This document shows, one piece after another, positions 10,134 to 19,680 of a stretch of DNA of 64,000 nucleotides. The notes under the pieces are model-generated. The model ran no database searches. It had not been told where the DNA came from and worked only from the letters and a program-made list of their open reading frames with translations. Each line of letters begins with the position of its first letter. The first letter of the stretch is position 1. This DNA is from Deltaproteobacteria bacterium (GTDB lineage Bacteria; Myxococcota_A; Polyangia; Fen-1088): contig JANRKS010000009.1 in NCBI GenBank assembly GCA_033763315.1, forward strand, positions 288,001 to 352,000. The letters are read 5' to 3'. The translations under genes were made by a program, and so were the position numbers.

Positions 10134-11588
10134 TTACGGGCAGCGAGGATCGTCTGCCAGCGCGCAGGACCGGCACTTGACCGACTGAATCGTTCCCTTC
10201 GCCGCTTCCTTACCGCCGCGGTCCACGATCACCCGGTAGTTGCCAGCCTTGCACATGTTGCCGTTCTCGCCGGGCGCCTGCAACTTCCAGCAAGGTGCTG
10301 GGCCTTTGCCGCATTCAGGCAGCACGGTGTCGTCGAAGGCACCCGTGTTGCTATCGGGCACGCGGTCAACAACCGAGCATTCAGCTTGGATCCCAGCCGT
10401 CTTGGTGTCTGTGTCGATCAGCTTTTCACTGATGCAACCTGGATCCAGACGAGCGGCGATGAGATCGCCCAAGCGCTTGAGCGCTGGGCTGTAGTCACTG
10501 TTGCAGATGCTCTCGATGGTGCCGTTGTCGCCAAAGGACTTCACAAACTGTGACACGCGCAAAGAGGGAGCGGCTGTTCCGTCTGCGCCGGAATTGCACA
10601 CTGGTTCGACGTCCAGAAGGTCCGGACCTTGCGGCTGCTTGGAGACCGTGAAGGCGTACTGTGTGCCTTCTTCCCTCGCCGGGATGCCCGTGATCGCCGA
10701 GACAATAATGCGATCGGGGAAGTTTGGCTTCAGGCTCAAGACGAAGTTCTTGATGTCGTCGACGGGGATGAGGCGACCCTTGGGGTTCGGGCTGCAGGTT
10801 GTGAGCGGCGACATGAAAGCCTTCCCCGGGACCGGCTCGCCATTGCAAAGGTGGCCGGCGATGTTGCACCGCAAAGAGCCGGTTTGCGTGTCTCCGAAGC
10901 TTTGGTCTGCAAACAAATCAGACGTGGGTGGAGCAGAGCAATCATCTTCGTCAGTAATTAAGACGATCGCCAAGAAGGCGTCTTTGCGCAAAAAGCCGGC
11001 GTTCTTTGGCGTCACGTTCTCCGCGAGTGCCACGCGCACCGACTGGAGCTGATGTTCAAAGCCACAGCCGCTTGTGCCCAAGTCGGCGATGCATGAAAAC
11101 ACATCTTCAAGCTTACCCATGAAGTTCTTTTGGGTATCGTTGTTCAGCGAAATGATGAAGTTGGCGTCGGCGTTCAGGCCGCAACCCGCTTTCGCTTGGA
11201 ACTCACCCTTGTCACCGCCGGGACGGTTGCAGGCCGGGTTCCCGGAGATGAAAACGTTGCCGGCGCCCACGTCGCTGGAAATGACCCCGATGTGAACGTT
11301 CGGCAAACCACCTGGGATCTGGCGAAGGGTTTCGATCAAGGTCGGAAAATTCTTCCGAAGCTTCGTTTGCTCCTCCTTCATCGAACCCGAGTTGTCGATC
11401 ATGAACAACAGGTCCAAATCGCGGATCGGATTCACGGCGTAGAAGCGGTCCGCTTGGCCTTCAGGCTCTGGCTTCGGGGCTTGAAACGGCGCTGAATTGC
11501 AAGCGCCAAGGGCTAACGCCCCAACAACAAACGCGGAGCCCAAAGCTTGCGCGCAGGGGAATGTGGGTCGACTTGAACGGCTGGTCAT
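10134..11588 (-). CDS. Cys-rich von Willebrand factor A (vWA) domain lipoprotein, myxobacterial type
   Basis: Lipobox ALALGAC, MIDAS motif DLLFMIDNSGSM, ITDEDDCS, many paired Cys; SD GGAGG upstream. Confidence 0.8.
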   Translation of the reverse strand: MTSRSSRPTFPCAQALGSAFVVGALALGACNSAPFQAPKPEPEGQADRFYAVNPIRDLDLLFMIDNSGSMKEEQTKLRKNFPTLIETLRQIPGGLPNVHIGVISSDVGAGNVFISGNPACNRPGGDKGEFQAKAGCGLNADANFIISLNNDTQKNFMGKLEDVFSCIADLGTSGCGFEHQLQSVRVALAENVTPKNAGFLRKDAFLAIVLITDEDDCSAPPTSDLFADQSFGDTQTGSLRCNIAGHLCNGEPVPGKAFMSPLTTCSPNPKGRLIPVDDIKNFVLSLKPNFPDRIIVSAITGIPAREEGTQYAFTVSKQPQGPDLLDVEPVCNSGADGTAAPSLRVSQFVKSFGDNGTIESICNSDYSPALKRLGDLIAARLDPGCISEKLIDTDTKTAGIQAECSVVDRVPDSNTGAFDDTVLPECGKGPAPCWKLQAPGENGNMCKAGNYRVIVDRGGKEAAKGTIQSVKCRSCALADDPRCP

Positions 11589-11627
11589 CACGGGTAATTC
11601 CTCCGGGGAGTGCACGGCCTACTCTAG

Positions 11628-11643
11628 AGCAAAGCGTGGGCCA
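11628..11643 (-). promoter_or_regulatory. Sigma-54 (-24/-12) promoter TGGCCCACGCTTTGCT
   Basis: GG-N10-GC with TGGC/TTGCT consensus, about 40 bp upstream of the vWA gene; AT-rich IHF-like tract at about 11665-11681. Confidence 0.6.
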
Positions 11644-11737
11644 TTAGGAAGCGGGTCGAAAGGATTAATTTTCAAGGCCTTACGGAGGCCTATGTCAATG
11701 CAGTTGTCTCACGGGTGCCAACCTTGTTGGCGGCGAG

Positions 11738-12772
11738 CTATTGAGCGGCAGCAGGTGGGCTCTCGGGCGCGCCTGGATTCGCGCCAACGCCTTCGGCATC
11801 GGGGTGTGCTCCAACGGCCGCGGGGTTTGCCTGTTTTGACGCCACAGTCTCGTTCTTCTTGTGCGGCTTTGCCATCACCAGCCAATCCGCGACGCGGGCG
11901 AAATCTCCAAACCGGGTCATCTTTGCCTCGGCGCCCAAAAACGCCATGGCTGTGCGGCGGCCGTCAATCTTGGCCGCGATGACCAAACAGTACCGCGCGA
12001 AATCATTGAAGCCGGTCTTCCCGCCCAGGATCTCGGCGTTGCGGCGCATGGCCGGCTTGTACGTGTTGACATACGGGATGGGCGGCTTGGACACGGGATG
12101 GGCGCTGTATTCCAAGCGGCCCAGGATCGGTGCGAGGGTGGGGTGCGCCAACGCCGTTTGCAGCATCAAGATGGTCTCGCGCGGCGTGGATACATTCTCC
12201 CGCGACAGGCCCGTGGGCTCGCGAAAGCGCGTGTGCTTAAGCCCCAACGCTTGCGCTTTCTTCGTCATCGCCTTTGCGAAATCCGCGGCGTTGAGCCCCA
12301 GCGAGCGGCCCATGGCGGAAATCGCGCGGTTGTCGGAGCCCATCAACCCGGCATGCAAAAGGTCCAAGTTCGACACCGTCATCCCCGTCAGCAGGCGGCT
12401 TTTCGCGCCACCCTTGGCAACGTCGGCGTCTGTTTGCGTGATCGTGGTCAGCTCATCGAGGATCAAGCCCTTGTCCATCGCCACCAGCACGGCCGCCAGC
12501 TTCGAAATGGAGGCAATCGGGCGCTCAACGTCACCGCTTTTGCTGTAGAGGTCGGTGCCGGTATCCATGTCGATGGCCAGCGCGCCCGCGGCTTGAACGT
12601 TTGGCAGGTTGCCTTTGAGCCAGGCCACGGGTCGTTCGCGCGCGATCTTGGGCGCTTTGGCGCGTCGACGCGGTTTTGCGGGCTTCTTCTTCGCCCACGC
12701 ATCGGTGGGCGCCAACAACAGCCCGCCAACGGTCGTGGCCATGGCCCAGGAAATTAAATCTCGGCGAAACAC
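11738..12772 (-). CDS. pbpG: D-alanyl-D-alanine endo/carboxypeptidase (peptidase S11, PBP7-like)
   Basis: SxxK (ASISKL), SxN (SDN) and KTG motifs; signal peptide followed by a basic linker. Confidence 0.85.
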   Translation of the reverse strand: MFRRDLISWAMATTVGGLLLAPTDAWAKKKPAKPRRRAKAPKIARERPVAWLKGNLPNVQAAGALAIDMDTGTDLYSKSGDVERPIASISKLAAVLVAMDKGLILDELTTITQTDADVAKGGAKSRLLTGMTVSNLDLLHAGLMGSDNRAISAMGRSLGLNAADFAKAMTKKAQALGLKHTRFREPTGLSRENVSTPRETILMLQTALAHPTLAPILGRLEYSAHPVSKPPIPYVNTYKPAMRRNAEILGGKTGFNDFARYCLVIAAKIDGRRTAMAFLGAEAKMTRFGDFARVADWLVMAKPHKKNETVASKQANPAAVGAHPDAEGVGANPGAPESPPAAAQ

Positions 12773-12916
12773 AACCGCCTTACCTTAGCGGCTCTGCCGG
12801 CCAAGGCCAATAAGTTGGTTAACCCCCGGGCCTCGCTGATGCACCTCGGGAGCCTGACGCCTCGCAACCGTTGGCCTCTTGGTCATCTGAGGAGGTCTGT
12901 ACTACGCTTGCTCAAG

Positions 12917-13114
12917 ATGCAACCCTTTCGCAACCTGTTGCCACCCGTCGGCGAACCAACCCCAGCCTCGCTCAGGATGTTGGAGTGCCTGGAAATGTAC
13001 GACGAGGGCGTGGAGCTGCAAACGTTGAACTTCCGCCGCAGGTTTCCGCATCTTTCCGATGCGCAAATTGACGAGCTTGTTCAGGATTGGCTTGAACGTC
13101 GTGAGGAGACTTGA
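12917..13114 (+). CDS. Small antitoxin-like partner of a nucleotidyltransferase toxin
   Basis: 65 aa, ..NFRRRFPHLSDAQIDELVQDWL.., overlapping the start of the downstream NTase-like ORF. Confidence 0.55.
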   Translation: MQPFRNLLPPVGEPTPASLRMLECLEMYDEGVELQTLNFRRRFPHLSDAQIDELVQDWLERREET

Positions 13115-13442
13115 AGCTCGCACGCGCGCTGCTTGTGACTTCATCTTTGCGACAACAGGCATTGAAGCCGAGATAGTCAGGAATGCGTCTGCAACGGAAG
13201 TGTTCGCGGATGTGCTCGTGCCCACGGCTACGGCCGAAGCGCTCTTGGCTATGAAGACCCTCGCTTCGACCCCCCAAAGACCACGAGATGCCGGTGACAT
13301 CCGTGCGATTGTTCTTGCCAACCCTGACTTCGACGAGGCGAAAGTCATCGAGTACTTAAGAACCATCGCGCAGCGGGGATGTGCCAGGGGCCAAGATCTT
13401 GAGGAGAAGTGGAGGCGTTTGCGACGTGAACTGGGCGTTTAG
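13101..13442 (+). pseudogene. Internally deleted AbiEii/AbiGii-like nucleotidyltransferase toxin
   Basis: Retains the C-terminal half (DFIFATTGIEAEIV, ALLAMK, RPRDAGDI) but lacks the N-terminal GG.A...RxTxDxD catalytic segment. Confidence 0.55.
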
Positions 13443-13473
13443 CCAAAGGTCCGAAGAATGTGACCGGGCCCGA

Positions 13474-14760
13474 TTAACCGACCAACAACAAGTGCAAATC
13501 GAGCAAGTTCGAGGTGCCGGGCCCCTTCACCAAAGCGCCAAGCGCTCCCAACACCGTGGCCGAATCGCTATTCGCCAAGGCCTGTTCCGGAGCCAGCCCA
13601 CGTGCCACAGCCAGGTTCCAAGTGTCGCCGTCCACCACCGCCCCCGAGGCATCCGCGCTGCCGTCGCGATCGTCGGTGCCCGCCGCCAAGAAAGCCACGC
13701 CTGCTTGCCCCGCGATGCCTCTGGCCACAAGCAAGGCCAAATGGGTGGCACGTCCGCCTTTGCCTGATCCAGTGACCACGATGGATGGCTCGCCGTTGCC
13801 GACGAATACGCGGGGTTTGCCTCCCGCCGACCGTTCACGCAAGGCGCGGTCCACATACGCCTGCGCCAACGCGTGCACGTCAGATTCAACGTTCTGCGAA
13901 AGCAGGCCGGCTAAAACCCCATGTGCTTCAACCGCCGCGCGCGCTTCTGTCACCACGATTTCGGGCCCGGCCAGAATCTCGTACGCCACGTGATTTAAAC
14001 GGCCGTCTTCGGGCTTGGGGGTCTCGGGCAGCAGGCCTTGCGCTCCTTTTCGCAGATGCTCAACCACAGCCGCCGGCGCATCAGGTGCCAGCCGCTGGAG
14101 CAGTGCCTGGGCTTGGGCGAACGTGGTGGGATCCGGCGAAAATGGACCCGAAGCGATGGTGGCGGGATCGTTGCCCACCACATCAGACAGCGACCAGACG
14201 TGGGTGCGCGCTTTGGTGGCCACGCCCAACTGGCCTCCCTTGAGACGTGACAGGTGCTTACGAACGGTGTTGAGTTCACCGATGGACGCGCCGTTGCGCG
14301 AAACAGCCTTCACGGCGGCACGCTTATCGTCCAACGTCAGCCCAACAGCGGGGGCGCACACCAACGAAGAGCCTCCCCCCGAAAGCAGAACCAGCAACTG
14401 ATCGTCCGCGTTGAGCCCTTGCACAAACGCGAACGCGGCTTCGCCCGCCGCGCGGGACCGCTCCGACGGGTTGGGGTGATCGCTCACCAAAGCCTGAACG
14501 CCGATGGGCAACTGCACTTTTTCCGGAAAACGGGTCGCCGGTGCGACGAGTAGCCCCTTGTTGATCCGCGGTGCTTCCGCAAACAACCCGTTGAACATCG
14601 GGAATGAAACTTTACCGATCGCCAACACGGCGGTGAACGAGTCGGTCAAGCTCTGTTGCAGCCGGCTGCTCACGAGCACGGCGCCGTCCACGCGAGTCGC
14701 CACCTCCACAAACACCTTTCGGAGCAAGCCAGGGCCTGACGTCGCGCCTGATGAAGTCAT
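13474..14760 (-). CDS. Glycerate 2-kinase (DUF4147/MOFRL, TtuD-like)
   Basis: AIGK, DHPNP, LLSGGGSSL, ELNTVRKHLSRLKGG, SDVVGND..IASGP, GTDDRDG, GTSNLLDL. Confidence 0.88.
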   Translation of the reverse strand: MTSSGATSGPGLLRKVFVEVATRVDGAVLVSSRLQQSLTDSFTAVLAIGKVSFPMFNGLFAEAPRINKGLLVAPATRFPEKVQLPIGVQALVSDHPNPSERSRAAGEAAFAFVQGLNADDQLLVLLSGGGSSLVCAPAVGLTLDDKRAAVKAVSRNGASIGELNTVRKHLSRLKGGQLGVATKARTHVWSLSDVVGNDPATIASGPFSPDPTTFAQAQALLQRLAPDAPAAVVEHLRKGAQGLLPETPKPEDGRLNHVAYEILAGPEIVVTEARAAVEAHGVLAGLLSQNVESDVHALAQAYVDRALRERSAGGKPRVFVGNGEPSIVVTGSGKGGRATHLALLVARGIAGQAGVAFLAAGTDDRDGSADASGAVVDGDTWNLAVARGLAPEQALANSDSATVLGALGALVKGPGTSNLLDLHLLLVG

Positions 14761-14833
14761 CCGCGAACGTTGGTGGATGTGGCCTACCAGGTCAAGACGC
14801 ATCCCTTGTCCGCGTCGAACCCGTAACTAGAGT

Positions 14834-14862
14834 TTGATCAAAGTAGCTACAGTAGCTACCGT
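14834..14862 (+). promoter_or_regulatory. Toxin-antitoxin promoter with tandem palindromic operators
   Basis: TTGATC-N17-TACCGT overlapped by two perfect GTAGCTAC palindromes (14843-14850, 14852-14859). Confidence 0.7.
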
Positions 14863-14868
14863 GAACGG

Positions 14869-15189
14869 ATGAAGGCCGTGGGAATCAAAAACCTCAAGAA
14901 CAACCTCAGCCGCTACCTTGATTTGGTTCGGGAAGGGGAAGTGGTTTACGTTACTGATCGCGACGAAATCATCGCAGAGATTCATCGGCCGGTGAGCCCC
15001 GCGACCGTGGTCTTCTCGCGCTGGGAGGCCTTCTTGAATGAGCAAGAGCGAACGGGTGGCGTCTTGCGCAGCACGCAGACGGGGCCCTCCCAGGTGCATA
15101 GCTTGACCGCGAGGCTGACAGACGCCGGTGGTGGCGTGAACCTCCAAGACGTGATGGATGAACTTCGCAGCGATAGGTTCGATGGATGA
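14869..15189 (+). CDS. Phd/YefM family antitoxin
   Basis: MKAVGIKNLKNNLSRYLDLVREGEVVYVTDRDEIIAEI is a typical Phd fold; ATGA overlap with the toxin gene. Confidence 0.88.
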   Translation: MKAVGIKNLKNNLSRYLDLVREGEVVYVTDRDEIIAEIHRPVSPATVVFSRWEAFLNEQERTGGVLRSTQTGPSQVHSLTARLTDAGGGVNLQDVMDELRSDRFDG

Positions 15190-15626
15190 GCCTTGTGTAT
15201 TTCGACTCAAGCGTTGTCCTTGCTTTTCTCCTCAACGAAAAGCGCGCAGCGCAAGGGCGCACCTTGTGGGCCGAAAACAAATCACGATGCTCTTCAATCC
15301 TGCTTGAAGCTGAGGTTTGGGTCGGCTTGCGACGACATCGTCATCGGTTAGGAAGCACCGTGGGGGATGAATGGCTCGACGTGAGGTTGCAGGTTTTCTC
15401 GGAACTGGTGAAAGAAGCTTCATTGGTGGTCTTCGACTCCAATGTCATCGCCGCGCTAAAGTCGGAAGCCATTTTCGCGGAATGCCGTTCGCCGGACGCA
15501 ATCCACTTAGCAACCGCGATGCGCGTTCGTTCCTATGCCGACGGGTCTTTGCGTCTCGCGACGTTCGACGAGCGTATGCTGCAAACTGCCCGACGATTAA
15601 AAATCGAGTGCATTGGTGATGCATAG
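15186..15626 (+). CDS. vapC: PIN-domain VapC toxin
   Basis: YFDSSVVL, EAE, DAIHLATA, ATFDERM acidic PIN residues. Confidence 0.88.
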   Translation: MSLVYFDSSVVLAFLLNEKRAAQGRTLWAENKSRCSSILLEAEVWVGLRRHRHRLGSTVGDEWLDVRLQVFSELVKEASLVVFDSNVIAALKSEAIFAECRSPDAIHLATAMRVRSYADGSLRLATFDERMLQTARRLKIECIGDA

Positions 15627-15680
15627 GGGACGCCACCAGCGGCGCTTGACCTCACCACGCGCATGCCGTTTGATGCGGCG

Positions 15681-16628
15681 ATGTCCAACCCCGTTGTGTG
15701 GTGCAACTTCAGCTTCAGCGAACCCGCACTGGCCCGGCTGCGGGATGGCTTGCGCGGTTACGAACTGATCACGGATGGCGATTCCGGGTCGTTGGCGCGG
15801 GCGCATTTCGCATTCGGGCAACCTCCGCCGCAGGGCTTGCAGACCAGTGAGGCCCTGCGTTTTGTGCAGCTCACGAGTGCTGGTTATACGGCATACGAGA
15901 ACAAGGAATTTCAGCAAGCTTTGAAGCAACGAGGCGTGCCATTGGCCAAGGCTTCGTGGGTCTATGATGAACCGTGCGCCGATCATGCGTTGGCCTTCAT
16001 GCTGTGTGCTGCACGGGCGTTGCCTTTGGCCCAGCAAGAGCAACGCGAAACCCGCGCTTGGTCAACCGCTCGGCTGCGCCAAAAATCTTTTCTGCTGCGT
16101 GACCAAAATGTTTTGATCGTCGGCTTCGGTTCGATCGGCCGCCGTTTGGCAGAACGCCTGGCGCCCTTTGGAGCCATCGTGCGCGGCGCGCGGCGCTCGC
16201 CGGGAAGCGACGAGCCTGTGCCGATGGTGTCTACCGACAACGCCGACTTCGCCTCATGGTTGGCCGCAGCGGATCACGTGGTGAATGTGCTGCCGCTCAA
16301 CACCGGCACGAACGCTTTCTTCAATGACAGCCGCTTTGGCACGATGAAAGCAGGCGCCTTGTTCTACAACATTGGCCGCGGGGGCACGGTGGACCAAGCG
16401 GCGCTGCAAACGGCTTTGCAAAGTGGTCGCCTGGCAGGTGCCTATCTCGACGTCACCGTACCCGAGCCGCTGCCGCCAACTCACCCTTTATGGCAGGCGC
16501 CCAACTGTTTCATCACGCCCCACACCGCGGGCGGCCACGCCAATGAACAAGAGCGACTGGTGGATCTCTTTCTCGGCAACCTTTCGCGGTTGGGCCGCGG
16601 CGAGCCGTTGATTGATCGGGTGTTCTAG
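15681..16628 (+). CDS. D-2-hydroxyacid dehydrogenase, NAD(P)-dependent
   Basis: IVGFGSIG Rossmann motif, NIGRG, LDVTVPEPLP, ITPHTAG; alternative start 15663. Confidence 0.9.
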   Translation: MSNPVVWCNFSFSEPALARLRDGLRGYELITDGDSGSLARAHFAFGQPPPQGLQTSEALRFVQLTSAGYTAYENKEFQQALKQRGVPLAKASWVYDEPCADHALAFMLCAARALPLAQQEQRETRAWSTARLRQKSFLLRDQNVLIVGFGSIGRRLAERLAPFGAIVRGARRSPGSDEPVPMVSTDNADFASWLAAADHVVNVLPLNTGTNAFFNDSRFGTMKAGALFYNIGRGGTVDQAALQTALQSGRLAGAYLDVTVPEPLPPTHPLWQAPNCFITPHTAGGHANEQERLVDLFLGNLSRLGRGEPLIDRVF

Positions 16629-17314
16629 GGCTTTGCAAGCCAAGGCTGGCAAAGCGGGCTCTGCAACCAAGCCATGACGGCAGTACAGGCGCGGGCGGCG
16701 GCGTCGGCGCCGTGGGCCCGCCACTCCTTGCCACCTTCGGGGCCAACTTTGTTGGCAACGCCCAAAACCGACGCCACGGGTACCGCGAGCCTTTGCGCCG
16801 CATGCACGACCGCGAAGGCTTCAAGGTTCTCTAAGCTGGCGCCCGATTCCCGGGCAAGCCTCCGCGCGCGGGCCGGGCCGCGGGTGATGGCCAGCGGGCA
16901 AACGGCGGTCGTGCGCGATAAATCGCCGGCCCGCGCCAAGCTGGCGGTCAACCGAGCGTCTGTCTTGAGGTGCGTTCGCATTGGCGGGGCCAGCTCGGCA
17001 ATCTTCGGCGCATCGCCGCAGTTAAGCAAAACCTCATCGAGAGCCAACGCATGGGGGGGCTTCCAGGGGTGCCCAGCAAAGACACCAGCTGTCCCCACCA
17101 AAATGGCCGCCGTGGGCCGCCCGCCGAGCGCGAGGGCCGCCCCAACGCCCGCTTCCACTAGGCCCACCCCCACGGTCGCCGTGCGCACCAGGTGGCGCAA
17201 GCCGGAGCGGTCTCGCTTCAAGAAGTTGTTCAAAACCGCCAACTCAGGAGCCCAGGCCGCCAACACCAACAAAGGCTCGGCGTCTTCATGGGCTCGTTTG
17301 CGGGGCAGGGGCAC
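16625..17314 (-). CDS. Nucleoside phosphorylase / futalosine hydrolase (MqnB)-like protein
   Basis: VGVGLVEAG, LVGTAGVF, ENLEAFAV, LGVANKVG match the PNP_UDP_1 fold; GTG start inferred. Confidence 0.65.
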   Translation of the reverse strand: MPLPRKRAHEDAEPLLVLAAWAPELAVLNNFLKRDRSGLRHLVRTATVGVGLVEAGVGAALALGGRPTAAILVGTAGVFAGHPWKPPHALALDEVLLNCGDAPKIAELAPPMRTHLKTDARLTASLARAGDLSRTTAVCPLAITRGPARARRLARESGASLENLEAFAVVHAAQRLAVPVASVLGVANKVGPEGGKEWRAHGADAAARACTAVMAWLQSPLCQPWLAKP

Positions 17315-17453
17315 GGCGCGATCTTTGCCGCGGTCTTGGTTCGTTGTCCATTTGCTCGCCGCCTGTGTTGCGCCTCGGCACCGCCCGAAAAGGGAATACG
17401 GCCCCGGCCACCTCGCCTGGCGCCGCTTGGTCATCCGGGTTTATACTTATGAC

Positions 17454-18104
17454 GTGGATGGAGGTTCGGAGAGCCAAGAGCTTCGGCTGCTGCGGGCGAA
17501 CTTTGCCGCCGCGCCCCGTTCCGATGCGTTCGTCGCACTGGCGCAACACCTCTGCGACGTAGGCCGTCCCGAAGAGGCCGAGCAGGTGTGCCGCAAGGCC
17601 TTGGCCGGCAGCGATCCTGCGCATCGGGGCCGCTTGGTGCTGGCGCGCGCGCTGGCTGACCGTGGGCGGGTCAAGGAAGCCCAGGACGTATTGGCGGAGC
17701 TGGCCAAACACCGAACGGACGATGCGGAGGTATGGGTTCAGTTAAGTGCCCTGGTCGTCCGTCGCGGCGAAAAGGCGAGGGCGCTGGCCTTGCTGGAGTA
17801 TGCGGAGACATTAGGCGCCACGGGCCCGGCGTTCGCGGCGGCACTCAGCCAAGCGCGGGGTGGCGCCGGCCCCCGCCACAACACGATGCCGCCGGCGATC
17901 CCCAAAGAAGCGCAGCGCCGCCGTTCCACGCCACCCCCTGACGACCGGCCTCGACCCGTGGCCGGCGAGCTTTTGATCCGCGTGCCCACGCCCCATGAGG
18001 CCACAATCCTTGTGCCACGCCGACGGCCCAACCCCGTGTGGTTGGTGGCCGGTGCCCTGTCGGCTTTGGCGATTGCCACCGCCTGGATGCTTTTGCACGG
18101 TTGA
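17454..18104 (+). CDS. Tetratricopeptide repeat protein with C-terminal TM anchor
   Basis: PRSDAFVALA..L...GRPEEAEQVC..GRLVLARAL TPR helices; start inferred at GTG 17454 inside ORF 16674..18104. Confidence 0.7.
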   Translation: MDGGSESQELRLLRANFAAAPRSDAFVALAQHLCDVGRPEEAEQVCRKALAGSDPAHRGRLVLARALADRGRVKEAQDVLAELAKHRTDDAEVWVQLSALVVRRGEKARALALLEYAETLGATGPAFAAALSQARGGAGPRHNTMPPAIPKEAQRRRSTPPPDDRPRPVAGELLIRVPTPHEATILVPRRRPNPVWLVAGALSALAIATAWMLLHG

Positions 18105-18138
18105 CGCCCCTGCCCTCATCCGGTTAGATCCGCGGCCC

Positions 18139-18714
18139 ATGGCCAACGTTTACGACACCTCCGAGATCCGCAAGGGTCTCAAAATCATGATGGACGGGAA
18201 CCCCTTCACGGTGGTCGAGTTCCAGTTCGTCAAGCCCGGCAAGGGCGCCGCGTTTACGCGCACCAAGATGAAGAACCTGCTCACGGGCAGCGTCATCGAA
18301 CGCAACCTGCGTTCGGGCGACCGCCTGGAAGCGGCCGACGTGGAGGTGAAGAACATGCAATACCTTTACGACGAAGGTGAGTTCTGCGTGTTCATGGACA
18401 ACACCAACTACGAGCAGGTGCAGATCTCGTTGGACCTCATCGGCGACGACAAAGGCTTTATGCCTTCGAACATCAACGTTGAAGTTTTGTTCTTTCAAGG
18501 CCGCGCCGTTGGCGTGACATTGCCCAATTTCATCGAACAAGAAGTTGTTGAAACCGAGCCCGGCGCGCGCGGCGACACCGCCACCAACGTCACGAAGGCC
18601 TCCAAGATCGCTTCGGGCGCCACGGTGAAGGTGCCGTTGTTCATCAATCAAGGCGATACCATTCGCGTCGACACACGCACGGGCGAATACCTTGATCGCG
18701 TGGGCCGCGCTTAG
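18139..18714 (+). CDS. efp: Elongation factor P
   Basis: FVKPGKGAAF, YLYDEG, PGARGDT, VPLFINQGD..RVDTRTGEY; ATG 18139. Confidence 0.97.
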   Translation: MANVYDTSEIRKGLKIMMDGNPFTVVEFQFVKPGKGAAFTRTKMKNLLTGSVIERNLRSGDRLEAADVEVKNMQYLYDEGEFCVFMDNTNYEQVQISLDLIGDDKGFMPSNINVEVLFFQGRAVGVTLPNFIEQEVVETEPGARGDTATNVTKASKIASGATVKVPLFINQGDTIRVDTRTGEYLDRVGRA

Positions 18715-19680
18715 TTGAGCACGCCCGCTTTGGCCGAGCCTCGGTTGGCCGCTCGTCGCCCTGCGCTGCAGACGAGGGCGGCCATCATCGAGGCGGTCCG
18801 CGCCTATTTTCGTTCCGAGGGTTTCCTTGAAGTGGAGACTCCGACCCGCGTCGTGAACCCAGGGCAAGAGCTGCACCTTGATGCGTTTTATGCCCAAGGC
18901 GGCCGGTACCTGATCACGTCGCCCGAACACCACATGAAACGTTTGGTGGGCGCGGGTTACGAGCGCGTGTTTGCCATATGCCGTTGTTTCCGCGTTGAAG
19001 AGCGCGGGCCGCACCACCAGCCCGAATTCACGATGGCCGAGTGGTATCGGGCGCACGCGCCGCTCGATAAAATCGCGGACGATTGCGAAGCGTTGCTCGC
19101 TTCAGCGGCCCAAGCGGCTGGCAAAACCGACCTGCCCAAGGCCATTCGCACCACAGTGTCGGCCTTGATGCAAGCGCACGCGGGGGTGGCGCTGCAGGGC
19201 GATGAAACAGCGGCCGCATTGGCGGCCAAAGTCAAAGCTGCTGGGCACGATCCACGCGGCGCTTCCACGTGGGACGAGATCTTTTTCCAGGTGTTCCTTG
19301 ATCACGTCGAGCCAGCTTTGCGCCACGGCCCACCCACGTTTGTGTTTGACTGGCCGTTGCCGTTGGCGGCGTTGGCCCGTCACAAGCCGGATGGGCCCTG
19401 GGCCGAACGGTTTGAGCTCTATGCCGCCGGTCTCGAGCTTGCCAACGCTTTCGGTGAACTCACGGATCCGATCGAACAGCGGAAGCGTTTTGTGTCCGAA
19501 GCTCACGAGCGCGGGCGTCGCGACAAGGTCGTGTATCCCCTCGACGAGAAATTGCTGGCGGGGCTCGTCACCATGCCACCCACTTCGGGTGTGGCCTTGG
19601 GCATCGACCGCCTCGTGATGTGGGCGTTGGGAACGGACGACATTCGTGACGTCGTCGCGTTCCCTGACGACGAGGTTTAG
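18715..19680 (+). CDS. epmA: EF-P lysine aminoacylase (EpmA/GenX)
   Basis: FLEVETP, YLITSPEHHMKRL, HQPEFTMAEWY, ERFELY..GLELANAFGELTD, SGVALGIDRL; adjacent to efp. Confidence 0.95.
   Translation: MSTPALAEPRLAARRPALQTRAAIIEAVRAYFRSEGFLEVETPTRVVNPGQELHLDAFYAQGGRYLITSPEHHMKRLVGAGYERVFAICRCFRVEERGPHHQPEFTMAEWYRAHAPLDKIADDCEALLASAAQAAGKTDLPKAIRTTVSALMQAHAGVALQGDETAAALAAKVKAAGHDPRGASTWDEIFFQVFLDHVEPALRHGPPTFVFDWPLPLAALARHKPDGPWAERFELYAAGLELANAFGELTDPIEQRKRFVSEAHERGRRDKVVYPLDEKLLAGLVTMPPTSGVALGIDRLVMWALGTDDIRDVVAFPDDEV

Noticed and set aside
16674-17453. N-terminal 260 aa of the 476-aa plus-strand ORF
   Set aside because: Antisense to the nucleosidase-like gene; only the TPR part from GTG 17454 looks like real protein
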